A stretch of DNA of 32,000 bases, taken from Thermococcus kodakarensis KOD1 (GTDB lineage Archaea; Methanobacteriota_B; Thermococci; Thermococcales; Thermococcaceae). The notes beneath the pieces are model-generated. The model had not been told where the DNA came from, made no database searches, and saw only the letters and a program-made list of their open reading frames with translations. Positions within the stretch are counted from its first letter, which is position 1. Every line of letters begins with the position of its first letter. The position numbers and the translations under genes are program-made. Location of the stretch: the NCBI RefSeq assembly GCF_000009965.1, contig NC_006624.1:450001-482000 (forward strand), given 5' to 3'. Below are positions 1-7,624 of the stretch, piece after piece.

Positions 1-301
1 TGTAACCTGGAACCGAGACGATGAAGGTAACTGTTATCTCCCTGGATTCTGTTTTTGTTGATGTGCCCCTGGGTGTGGTAGATGTTTCGGAAGAGGAAGA
101 ACTGGTAGTTTGAGATTGTGTTGAGGATGTTTGACTGGTTTGGTCACCCTGAGTTATGTCAGATCCAGCCCCTTTTTCGGCGGAAGAGGTTGGTGGGCCC
201 TGAGAGCCTGTTTGTGCTGTACTTGAGTTCTGGCCTACGCATCCGGCTGAAGCTACCATGAGCAGAAAAATCAGAAGGAAGCCTGCAACTTTCATGCTCA
301 T
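1..301 (-). CDS. Secreted lipoprotein, N-terminal part only (the gene continues beyond the window edge); possibly a solute-binding protein with a Ser/Thr-rich linker
   Basis: The minus-strand ATG at 301 reads MSMKVAGFLLIFLLMVASAGCVGQ..., a signal peptide with a lipobox-like SAGC. A Ser/Thr/Gln-rich low-complexity linker follows. The frame stays open to position 1. It is absent from the ORF track because no stop lies in the window. Confidence 0.6.
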   Translation of the reverse strand, partial: MSMKVAGFLLIFLLMVASAGCVGQNSSTAQTGSQGPPTSSAEKGAGSDITQGDQTSQTSSTQSQTTSSSSSETSTTPRGTSTKTESREITVTFIVSVPGY

Positions 302-487
302 TTGATCACCTGAAAGGGTTGCCTGCGTAGGTTTTATCTTTTTCCACTGCTCCCCTCTAACGGCGGTTCGGGAAGTTTTGAGGCAGTGTAAAAACAGAGC
401 GTCAATAAAACTAAACTCGACAATTACGCAATATTTTTATACATCAAAGTACAAATTTGTTGTGACGACTTTTTCAGGTGTCTGCCA

Positions 488-1003
488 ATGGTAGTGAAGA
501 GGGAAATGACCCGGAAGTTTTTGGAGGATGCTTTCGCAGGCGAAAGCATGGCCCACATGAGGTACCTTATCTTCGCCGAGCAGGCCGAGAGGGAAGGACT
601 TCACAACATAGCCAAGCTCTTCAGGGCTATAGCTCATGCCGAGTTCGTCCACGCTAAGAACCACTTCATAGCCCTCGGCAAGCTTGGGAAGACTCCCGAG
701 AACCTGCAGATGGGAATAGAGGGCGAGACCTTCGAGGTAGAGGAGATGTATCCTGTTTACAAGAACTCCGCCGAGTTCCAGGAGGAGAAGGACGCGGTGA
801 GGACGACCCACTACGCCCTTGAGGCTGAGAAGATACACGCAGAGCTCTACAAGAAGGCCAAGGAGAAGGCCGAGAAGGGAGAGGACATCGAGATAAAGAG
901 GGTCTACATCTGCCCGGTCTGCGGCTACACGGCCGTTGATGAGGCCCCCGAGTACTGCCCCGTCTGCGGCGCCCCGAGGGACAAGTTCGTGGTGTTCGAG
1001 TGA
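488..1003 (+). CDS. rbr: Rubrerythrin (ferritin-like diiron domain plus C-terminal rubredoxin-like CxxC...CxxC)
   Basis: The 171-aa product has ExxH diiron motifs (AGESMAHMRY, HAEFVHAKNH, ALEAEKIHAELY). Its C-terminus carries CPVCG...CPVCG. Confidence 0.9.
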   Translation: MVVKREMTRKFLEDAFAGESMAHMRYLIFAEQAEREGLHNIAKLFRAIAHAEFVHAKNHFIALGKLGKTPENLQMGIEGETFEVEEMYPVYKNSAEFQEEKDAVRTTHYALEAEKIHAELYKKAKEKAEKGEDIEIKRVYICPVCGYTAVDEAPEYCPVCGAPRDKFVVFE

Positions 1004-1083
1004 ATCTTTCGATTTTCCTTTTCACAGGTTTGAGACGCAAACCTTATAAGGTATGACTAATAACATTAAAGCGGTGAAAGAAA

Positions 1084-1245
1084 ATGGCGAAGTGGAAGTG
1101 CATAGTCTGTGGATACATCTACGATGAGGATGAGGGCGACCCCGACAGCGGGATAGCCCCGGGAACCAAGTTCGAAGACCTTCCGGATGACTGGGTCTGC
1201 CCGCTCTGTGGCGCTCCCAAGGATATGTTTGAGAAGATTGAGTGA
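1084..1245 (+). CDS. rub: Rubredoxin (53 aa; below the ORF-track size cutoff)
   Basis: My own translation gives [53 protein letters not shown]. It has the classic CxxCG...CPxCG rubredoxin signature, and a GGTGA RBS lies upstream. Confidence 0.9.
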   Translation: MAKWKCIVCGYIYDEDEGDPDSGIAPGTKFEDLPDDWVCPLCGAPKDMFEKIE

Positions 1246-1256
1246 GGTGATGGAAG

Positions 1257-1604
1257 ATGCTTAGCCAGACCATAAAGAGTGGAGACTGGAAGGGTGAGAA
1301 GCACGTCCCCGTTATAGAGTACGAGAAGGAGGGCGACCTCGTCAAGGTCGAGGTCTCTGTTGGAAAGGAGATACCGCACCCGAACACCCCCGAGCACCAC
1401 ATAGCTTGGATACAGCTCTGGTTCCACCCGGAGGATGGAGCCTTCCCGATACTCGTCGGTAAGGTTGAGTTCAGCAACCACACCGACCCGCTCACCGAGC
1501 CGAGGGCGGTATTCTTCTTCAGGACACAGAAGAAGGGCAAGCTCTACGCGCTCAGCTACTGCAACATCCACGGCCTCTGGGAGAACGAGGTCACACTTGA
1601 GTGA
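1257..1604 (+). CDS. sor: Superoxide reductase (neelaredoxin-type, 1Fe-SOR)
   Basis: The 115-aa product contains GDWKGEKHVPVIEYEKEG...GKEIPHPNTPEHHI...KKGKLYALSYCNIHGLWENEVTLE. As I recall it, this is near-identical in motif and C-terminus to P. furiosus SOR. Confidence 0.95.
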   Translation: MLSQTIKSGDWKGEKHVPVIEYEKEGDLVKVEVSVGKEIPHPNTPEHHIAWIQLWFHPEDGAFPILVGKVEFSNHTDPLTEPRAVFFFRTQKKGKLYALSYCNIHGLWENEVTLE

Positions 1605-1622
1605 TCTTTTCCGTTTTTATCT

Positions 1623-2636
1623 TTATCCATGTCTTGGAATCTGGAAGGTTACGTTCTCACCTTCAAAGGATACAACGACAGTACTGGCATTTTTCGGTGC
1701 CAAAAACGTCTTCTTTATCGAAACAACACCGTGAGTGTAAAACAGGTTTTCTAGTACTCCCTTTATCTCCTGAATCTGATAATCTGGGGAATATATTTCT
1801 CGTCCATCAACGTAGATTTTAACGTTGCATGGATGTCTTGAATCCACGAGAAGAAGGCTTCCGTCTGGTCTAGGTTTGTATTTCACGTCTCCACACGTTC
1901 TAGGGACATACACAAGCTCAAGTTCTATGCCATGGTCATAAAAGTTTCCATAGAGTGCAACTTTTTGATCTTTCTTTATGATCTCAAAGTCGTAATCGGG
2001 CTTGATGAAATAATAGAGCGTTCCTCCAAGCACCAGCGTGACGAGGGCTATTCCTGCTATTTTTTTCAGTGAGACAAAGGGTAAACCCTCGGTTCTAGTG
2101 CCTACCAGGGGAACTTTCCAGAGGCTGAAGAACTCAACGAGCTTCCCTATGTTGTATAGGGGGATTCCGATAAGTAGGGGGAGCAGAAGAGCGCCGATGA
2201 GAGCCAAGTTACCCGCAAGGTTGAAATTGAGTTCCCCAGTTTCTTCGGCAAAAAGGCCCATTCTGATCCGATAGAGAACGGCGGAGGCTACTATGAAGGG
2301 GTAAAGCACCAAGAGTGATAAGACGAGAGTTTTGAACCCCAAGACCGGCGAGAGTTCCATACGATACACCAGCATATTGAGCACCAAGGCACCTGCGGCT
2401 ATCAAAGCAGTCTCCCCCACGAAGAGTAGCAATGGTCTTGAGTCAACATCAATGCTCCAGAAGTACAGCCCAGCGGCGTACAGGAGCCCTCCAACGATAA
2501 AAATCGGGAGGCCTATTACCCCAAAAAGACCGCTTATCATTGTTATAACAGTCCCGATAAGCATGAACTCCTTTCCGTTTAATAGAACTGTTCGACCCTC
2601 GCCCACTTCAACACCCATGGCATATTTTAACGCCAA
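1623..2636 (-). CDS. Hypothetical polytopic membrane protein with a C-terminal soluble beta-rich domain
   Basis: This 337-aa ORF has roughly 7-8 hydrophobic segments in its first ~225 aa. A ~110-aa hydrophilic tail follows. I recognise no family signature. Confidence 0.6.
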   Translation of the reverse strand: MALKYAMGVEVGEGRTVLLNGKEFMLIGTVITMISGLFGVIGLPIFIVGGLLYAAGLYFWSIDVDSRPLLLFVGETALIAAGALVLNMLVYRMELSPVLGFKTLVLSLLVLYPFIVASAVLYRIRMGLFAEETGELNFNLAGNLALIGALLLPLLIGIPLYNIGKLVEFFSLWKVPLVGTRTEGLPFVSLKKIAGIALVTLVLGGTLYYFIKPDYDFEIIKKDQKVALYGNFYDHGIELELVYVPRTCGDVKYKPRPDGSLLLVDSRHPCNVKIYVDGREIYSPDYQIQEIKGVLENLFYTHGVVSIKKTFLAPKNASTVVVSFEGENVTFQIPRHG

Positions 2637-2776
2637 GTATTTAAGCTTTTTTTAAATTTATGTCGAAAACTACAGAGCTATCAAATGAAAAAGCTTAGTT
2701 CTTTAAGAGAATTGACCAGAACTGCCCAGGAAGGCTTATAACTGTTCAAACAAAATCCCACTTAGGTGGGAGGAAA

Positions 2777-3130
2777 ATGAAAGTTTACATGCCCGACCGT
2801 GAGTGGCCCGAACACTACAGGGCCGTTCTGGAGGAGCTTGCAAAGATAACTGACCCAATAACCGGGGGAGACATCCTCGACTCGGGTGTCGTCGCCGGCT
2901 TGGAGGTCACGGAAGATACTCTCAAGGTCTGGCTCAACTTCGAGAGCCACGCCGAGTACAATATAACAGGCGAGAGCGCCATAGCGTATTCTAAGATAAT
3001 CGGCGACATAATGGAGCGCTTTGCCCTAGTCAAGTTTGAGAACGTCTACGTCTATGACCTCAAGAACAACCCCGTTGGGGTCTTCGAGAACAGGGGAAGG
3101 TACAGGGCCGAAGACCTTGAGGGCGATTGA
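2777..3130 (+). CDS. DUF59/MIP18-like (Fe-S cluster assembly SufT-like) domain protein
   Basis: The 117-aa product contains LAKITDPITGGDILDSGVVAGLEVTEDTLKVWLNF, which matches the DUF59 core pattern (V.DP..g.diV.lG.V..v.v). An RBS (GGTGGGAGG) lies upstream. Confidence 0.5.
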   Translation: MKVYMPDREWPEHYRAVLEELAKITDPITGGDILDSGVVAGLEVTEDTLKVWLNFESHAEYNITGESAIAYSKIIGDIMERFALVKFENVYVYDLKNNPVGVFENRGRYRAEDLEGD

Positions 3131-3312
3131 ATAAGCTCCTTAGAGTTTTCAAAGGCTTGGGTATAGTGTGCCATATACTATGAAGAAAAATGATGAAAAC
3201 GGCCCTTACACCTCAAAAATTTCTGCGAACCCTAATGTACATCTCAGGACACATGCACACTTTAGGTAAAATTTATATCCCCCCCGTTCAAACAACCATC
3301 GAGGTGTTCCCA

Positions 3313-4608
3313 ATGGCTGAAGGATATAGAGAGTACAGAGACAAGGTTCTTGGCTTTATTGAAGACCACGAGAACTGGAGGAAGCACACGATAAACCTCA
3401 TCGCGAGCGAAAACGTGACTTCTCCGAGCGTTACCAGGGCCGTTGCCTCAGGTTTTATGCACAAGTACGCCGAGGGCTGGCCGAAGCAGAGGTACTATCA
3501 GGGCTGCAAGTACGTTGACGAGGTTGAGCTCATCGGTGTTGAGCTCTTCACCAAGCTCTTCGGAAGCGACTTCGCCGACCTGAGACCGATTTCTGGAACA
3601 AACGCCAACCAGGCGGTCTTCTTCGGGCTCACCCAGCCGGGCGACAAGGCGATAGTTCTTCACACCAGCCACGGCGGACACATAAGCCACATGCCCTTCG
3701 GTGCCGCCGGAATGAGGGGTCTTGAAGTCCACACCTGGCCCTTCGACAACGAGGAGTTCAACATCGATGTCGACAAGGCCGAGAAGCTCATCCGCGAGGT
3801 CGAACCCAAGATAGTCGTCTTCGGCGGTTCGCTCTTCCCGTTCCCGCACCCTGTCAAGGAGCTCGCTCCGGTCGCCAAAGAGGTTGGCGCCTACGTCATG
3901 TACGACGGTGCCCACGTCCTCGGTCTCATAGCTGGAAAGCAGTTCCAGGACCCGCTCCGCGAGGGAGCCGACATAATCACGGCCTCAACTCACAAGACCT
4001 TCCCTGGGCCGCAGGGCGGTGTCATCATTTACAAGCGCTTCGGCGAGACGGAAGAGATAGCCAAGCTCCAGTGGGCCATCTTCCCGGGTGTCCTCAGCAA
4101 CCACCACCTCCACCACATGGCGGGTAAGGTAATCACCGCCGCCGAGATGCTCGAGTACGGTGAGAAGTACGCGGCCCAGATAGTCAAGAACGCCAAGGCC
4201 CTTGCCGAAGCCCTGGCGGAGGAAGGCTTCAAGGTCATCGGCGAGGACAAGGGCTACACCGAGAGCCACCAGGTCATCGTTGACGTTTCAGACCTCCACC
4301 CTGCAGCTGGAGGATGGGCGGCCCCGCTGCTTGAAGAGGCCGGCATAATCCTCAACAAGAACCTCCTCCCGTGGGACCCGCTTGAGAAGGTCAACGAGCC
4401 GAGCGGCCTTAGGATTGGAGTCCAGGAGATGACCAGGGTTGGAATGATGGAGGATGAGATGAAGGAGATAGCAAGGTTCATCAGGCGCGTCCTCATAGAC
4501 AAGGAAGACCCTGCCAAGGTCAGGAGAGACGTCTACGGCTTCCGCGCCGAGTACCAGAAGGTTTACTACTCCTTCGACCACGGGCTCCCGCTCAGGCTCA
4601 GGGAGTAA
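3313..4608 (+). CDS. glyA: Serine hydroxymethyltransferase
   Basis: SHMT motifs are present: INLIASENVTSP, GGHISH, and TASTHKTFPGPQGG with the PLP lysine. I moved the start from 3190 to the ATG at 3313 (MAEGYREY...). That ATG is preceded by GAGGTG (3301-3306) and a TATA-like AAATTTATAT near 3270. Confidence 0.95.
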   Translation: MAEGYREYRDKVLGFIEDHENWRKHTINLIASENVTSPSVTRAVASGFMHKYAEGWPKQRYYQGCKYVDEVELIGVELFTKLFGSDFADLRPISGTNANQAVFFGLTQPGDKAIVLHTSHGGHISHMPFGAAGMRGLEVHTWPFDNEEFNIDVDKAEKLIREVEPKIVVFGGSLFPFPHPVKELAPVAKEVGAYVMYDGAHVLGLIAGKQFQDPLREGADIITASTHKTFPGPQGGVIIYKRFGETEEIAKLQWAIFPGVLSNHHLHHMAGKVITAAEMLEYGEKYAAQIVKNAKALAEALAEEGFKVIGEDKGYTESHQVIVDVSDLHPAAGGWAAPLLEEAGIILNKNLLPWDPLEKVNEPSGLRIGVQEMTRVGMMEDEMKEIARFIRRVLIDKEDPAKVRRDVYGFRAEYQKVYYSFDHGLPLRLRE

Positions 4609-4648
4609 ATTGGAACTTTTCCACATTTTTATTTCTAATTTCAATCGT

Positions 4649-4682
4649 ATCCAGGTGGAAAGCCTTCTTGCTGGATTTTTTT
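4649..4682 (+). terminator. Stem-loop followed by a T7 tract, downstream of glyA
   Basis: ATCCAG (4649-4654) pairs with CTGGAT (4671-4676). A run of 7 T follows immediately (4676-4682). Oligo-T tracts are the known archaeal termination signal. Confidence 0.4.
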
Positions 4683-4892
4683 GAAGAAAACGTTATAAAC
4701 AACCTTTTCTAGCCCTTTCCAGCGGTACCACACCTTCATTAGCCACGCGCCCCCGGTACCGCTAACTTCCCCCGAAACGGGATAAAATAAGGGGCTCAAA
4801 TCCAGTGGTTCAAATTACCAAACGTTTCGAAACTCCTTGAAGTGAACGAAAGGATTATTATTCTGGAAGTTCAAAAACCTCTGGTGAAATCA

Positions 4893-5348
4893 ATGAGGAA
4901 GGCGCTTGTGATAGGGATAGCAGTTGTTGTTTTGGTTGTAGCAGGATACGGAGCCCTCAGCTGGGATGGGAAAGAGGCCAGCGGTTCGCCGCAGGACAGC
5001 CACGCGAAGTTCGTCAAAATGGAGCTTGACAAGTCCACCTACAGTCCTTCCGATACCATGATTATCAGGCTTATCAACGAGGGCGAGACAAAGGCAACTA
5101 CCAGCTACCACTTCAGGCTCTACCGAGAAGAAAACGGAGAGTGGGAGGAAGTTCCCGTTAACCTCATGTTCATAGAGATCGCCGTTTCGATAGAACCTGG
5201 AAAGAGCTGGGAGCAGAAGGTCAATCTCGCGGATCTGAAGCTTTCCCCGGGACACTACAAGATCGTCAAGAAAGTCATTCTAACTTCACAGGGGACTGAA
5301 AACGCTGCCAGCTACGAGGTCAGTGCGGAGTTCGAGGTAAAGGGATGA
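4893..5348 (+). CDS. Small secreted or membrane-anchored protein with a single Ig-like/beta-sandwich-type module (paralog 1 of 3)
   Basis: The N-terminus MRKALVIGIAVVVLVVAGYGALSW is a hydrophobic anchor. The domain carries motifs shared with the next two genes: Y.LY..ENG.W, SWEQKV.L, PG.YKI.K and EFE. I chose the ATG at 4893 (GGTGA RBS at 4883) over the track's GTG at 4842. Confidence 0.6.
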   Translation: MRKALVIGIAVVVLVVAGYGALSWDGKEASGSPQDSHAKFVKMELDKSTYSPSDTMIIRLINEGETKATTSYHFRLYREENGEWEEVPVNLMFIEIAVSIEPGKSWEQKVNLADLKLSPGHYKIVKKVILTSQGTENAASYEVSAEFEVKG

Positions 5349-5353
5349 GTCCG

Positions 5354-5839
5354 ATGAAGTGGCCCCTAGTGTTCATCGTTGTTTTTCTTCTCCTTTCCGG
5401 CGTTTTTTACGTGGAACTTTGCAAAAACCGCGAGATAACCGAGAACAATGCAGCCTGTACGGCCGGGACTGCCGTTATGGACCTCGAAAAGGAGGCATAC
5501 AAAGTTTGAGACAACCTTACCCTGACCATAACCAACACGGGGAGCGAGACGATAATAGTGGGCGCACCTTACAGATTATACCTGCTGGAAAACGGAAGCT
5601 GGAAAGAGATAGAAACTGGTTTCACGTTCACAAGTATCGGGTGGCAGATACCGCCGGGCGGCAACTGGACGCAAACCGTGCCCTTGGTCATACGCGTCCC
5701 TGACGGAGCCTTCGGAAAGCTCAAACCACTTCCGCCATGTAGATACAAAATAGAGAAAACAGTTCTCATTGATCGAGACAAATGTGAAAGCAGGAGTAAC
5801 GAAATAACTCTATCGGCCGAGTTTGAGATTGTCAGGTGA
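5354..5839 (+). pseudogene. Paralog 2 of the secreted-module family, interrupted by an in-frame TGA at 5507-5509
   Basis: The ATG at 5354 gives MKWPLVFIVVFLLLSGVFYVELCKN...MDLEKEAYKV*DNLTLTITNTGSETIIVGAPYRLYLLENGSWKEI... The reading frame is the same before and after the stop, so the track's 5558-5839 ORF is the tail of this gene. The stop aligns with Ser or Gly in the paralogs. Confidence 0.55.
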
Positions 5840-5844
5840 TCCCA

Positions 5845-6273
5845 ATGAGGGGGAAGACAGGGGCGGCCTGCACCCTCATAATACTCCTTGTCTGGGGCCT
5901 TACCGGACCTCACTTCTACGTGGGGCTTGACAAGAGTGGCTATCATCCCGGAGAAGAGCCAGTTTTAAGGACATGCAACATTGGGTTGACGCCAATCTCA
6001 TTCGGAGAGGGCTACCATCTCTACCGCTTAGAAAACGGAACGTTGGCCCCGGTTAGAACTGGCCTTATCTTTCCTGCGGTACTCCACTGGCTCATGCCCT
6101 TTCAGTCCTGGGAGCAGAAAGTCAGTTTGAAGTATCTGCTGGAAAATGAATCCGTCGGAGGGGCCCCTTCACTCCGGGACCTGCCACCGGGAAGATACAG
6201 GATTGTTAAGGAGATCTGCGGCTGGCCAAGGGGCTGTGTAAACGCCAGCTTGGAGTTTGATCTGCTGTCATAA
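5845..6273 (+). CDS. Paralog 3 of the secreted-module family
   Basis: The product starts MRGKTGAACTLIILLVWGLTG (hydrophobic N-terminus). It then contains LDKSGYHPGEEP...YHLYRLENG...SWEQKVSL...PPGRYRIVKE...LEFD. The start overlaps or abuts the end of paralog 2. Confidence 0.55.
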   Translation: MRGKTGAACTLIILLVWGLTGPHFYVGLDKSGYHPGEEPVLRTCNIGLTPISFGEGYHLYRLENGTLAPVRTGLIFPAVLHWLMPFQSWEQKVSLKYLLENESVGGAPSLRDLPPGRYRIVKEICGWPRGCVNASLEFDLLS

Positions 6274-6336
6274 TCGGAGCAAAACTTTTTATCCTCTTTC
6301 AACATACCGAACCCTCGGCTAAAGGGGTGGTGAGAG

Positions 6337-6669
6337 ATGAAGTTCTGTCCGAAATGCGGGAACCTGATGCTCCCAGACAGGAAGAGGAAGGTCTGGGTCT
6401 GCCGCTCATGTGGCTATGAAGAGCCCTTCGACGAGGAGAAAGACAGAGAGAAAACGAAGATCACCAAGAAAGTCGAGCACAAGCCGGACGAGGAGATCAT
6501 AGTGGTGGAGCAGGACCTCAAGACCCTGCCCACGACAAAGGTCACATGCCCCAAGTGCGGCAACGACACAGCTTACTGGTGGGAAATGCAGACGAGGGCT
6601 GGAGACGAGCCGAGCACGATCTTCTACAAGTGTACCAAGTGCGGCTATACCTGGAGGGCCTACGAGTGA
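6337..6669 (+). CDS. tfs: Transcription factor S (TFIIS/RpoM-like transcript cleavage factor)
   Basis: The 110-aa product has an N-terminal zinc ribbon, CPKCGN...CRSCGY. Its C-terminal TFIIS-type ribbon is CPKCGNDTAYWWEMQTRAGDEPSTIFYKCTKCGYTW, with the acidic DE loop. Confidence 0.9.
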   Translation: MKFCPKCGNLMLPDRKRKVWVCRSCGYEEPFDEEKDREKTKITKKVEHKPDEEIIVVEQDLKTLPTTKVTCPKCGNDTAYWWEMQTRAGDEPSTIFYKCTKCGYTWRAYE

Positions 6670-6842
6670 ACGAGGTCGAGCTTGAAACCCTGAGAAAGCT
6701 CGCCCAGAAGGCCCTCAAGGAGCTTGAGGAGGCCTACCTCCGCTTACCCGACACGGACAATGGAAAGACTTATTTATTCCGTGGAAAAGAAAGGGTTAGG
6801 CTCATGCTTCAGATATTAGAGTCAGCTAAAAAGGAGGGATAA
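6666..6842 (+). CDS. Small hypothetical helical protein (58 aa) sitting between tfs and pcna
   Basis: A GTG at 6666 overlaps the tfs stop (GTGA). The ORF ends 2 nt before the pcna ATG. The product is VNEVELETLRKLAQKALKELEEAYLRL... The call rests on the tight packing only, and I recognise no family. Confidence 0.35.
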   Translation: MNEVELETLRKLAQKALKELEEAYLRLPDTDNGKTYLFRGKERVRLMLQILESAKKEG

Positions 6843-6844
6843 AA

Positions 6845-7594
6845 ATGCCGTTCGAAGTTGTTTTTGACGGGGCCAAGGAGTTTGCAGACCTGATAGCGAC
6901 CGCAAGCAACCTCATCGACGAGGCCGCCTTTAAGTTCACTGAGGAAGGCATAAGCATGCGCGCAATGGACCCGAGCAGGGTCGTTCTCATTGACCTCAAC
7001 CTGCCCGAAAGCATCTTCTCCAAGTACGAGGTCGAAGAGCCCGAGACAATCGGCATCAACATGGACCAGTTCAAGAAAATCCTCAAGCGCGGCAAGGCGA
7101 AAGACACCCTCATACTCAGGAAGGGCGACGAGAACTTCCTTGAGATAACTTTTGAGGGAACCGCCAAGAGGACATTCAGGCTCCCTCTGATAGATGTGGA
7201 AGAGCTTGAGCTGGAGCTTCCCGAGCTCCCGTTCACGGCTAAGGTAGTCCTCCTCGGTGAGGTTCTCAAGGAGGGCATAAAGGACGCTTCCCTCGTCAGC
7301 GACGCCATCAAGTTCATAGCAAAGGAGAACGAGTTCACAATGAAGGCCGAGGGCGAGACCAACGAGGTCGAGATAAGGCTTACCCTTGAGGACGAGGGCC
7401 TTCTCGACCTTGAAGTCGAGGAAGAGACCAAGAGTGCCTACGGCATAAGATACCTCAGCGACATGGTCAAGGGCATCGGGAAGGCCGACGAAGTTATCCT
7501 CCGCTTCGGCAACGAGATGCCGCTCCAGATGGAGTACATGATCAGAGACGAGGGCAGACTGACCTTCCTGCTCGCTCCGCGCGTTGAGGAGTGA
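6845..7594 (+). CDS. pcn: DNA polymerase sliding clamp PCNA
   Basis: The 249-aa product starts MPFEVVFDGAKEFADLIATASNLIDEAAFKFTEEGISMRAMDPSRV, the typical Thermococcales PCNA N-terminus. The length also fits. Confidence 0.95.
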   Translation: MPFEVVFDGAKEFADLIATASNLIDEAAFKFTEEGISMRAMDPSRVVLIDLNLPESIFSKYEVEEPETIGINMDQFKKILKRGKAKDTLILRKGDENFLEITFEGTAKRTFRLPLIDVEELELELPELPFTAKVVLLGEVLKEGIKDASLVSDAIKFIAKENEFTMKAEGETNEVEIRLTLEDEGLLDLEVEEETKSAYGIRYLSDMVKGIGKADEVILRFGNEMPLQMEYMIRDEGRLTFLLAPRVEE

Positions 7595-7624
7595 CCTCCC
7601 TCAACTCTTTTTTGAGGTGGGAAC

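Noticed and set aside
3190-3260. C/D box sRNA candidates, such as the AUGAUGA at 3190-3196, UGAUGA at 27743-27748, and antisense AUGAUGA within metK near 15747-15752
   Set aside because: None has a correctly spaced D'/C'/D (CUGA) arrangement or terminal stem, so I cannot support a C/D sRNA call from sequence alone.
3190-3312. N-terminal extension of glyA, and similar extensions of the HTH regulator (9416-9724), NTPase (28888-29103), mtnA (29049-29147) and tiaS (25709-25774)
   Set aside because: The extensions are non-conserved-looking and low-complexity, or antisense to neighbouring genes. Internal ATGs with GGTGA-type RBS or TATA boxes give N-termini typical of the families.
5507-5509. TGA in the middle paralog as a selenocysteine or programmed readthrough codon
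   Set aside because: To my knowledge Thermococcales lack the selenocysteine machinery. I noticed no SECIS-like element. The aligned paralog residues are Ser or Gly rather than Cys, so a nonsense mutation or sequencing error is the simpler explanation.
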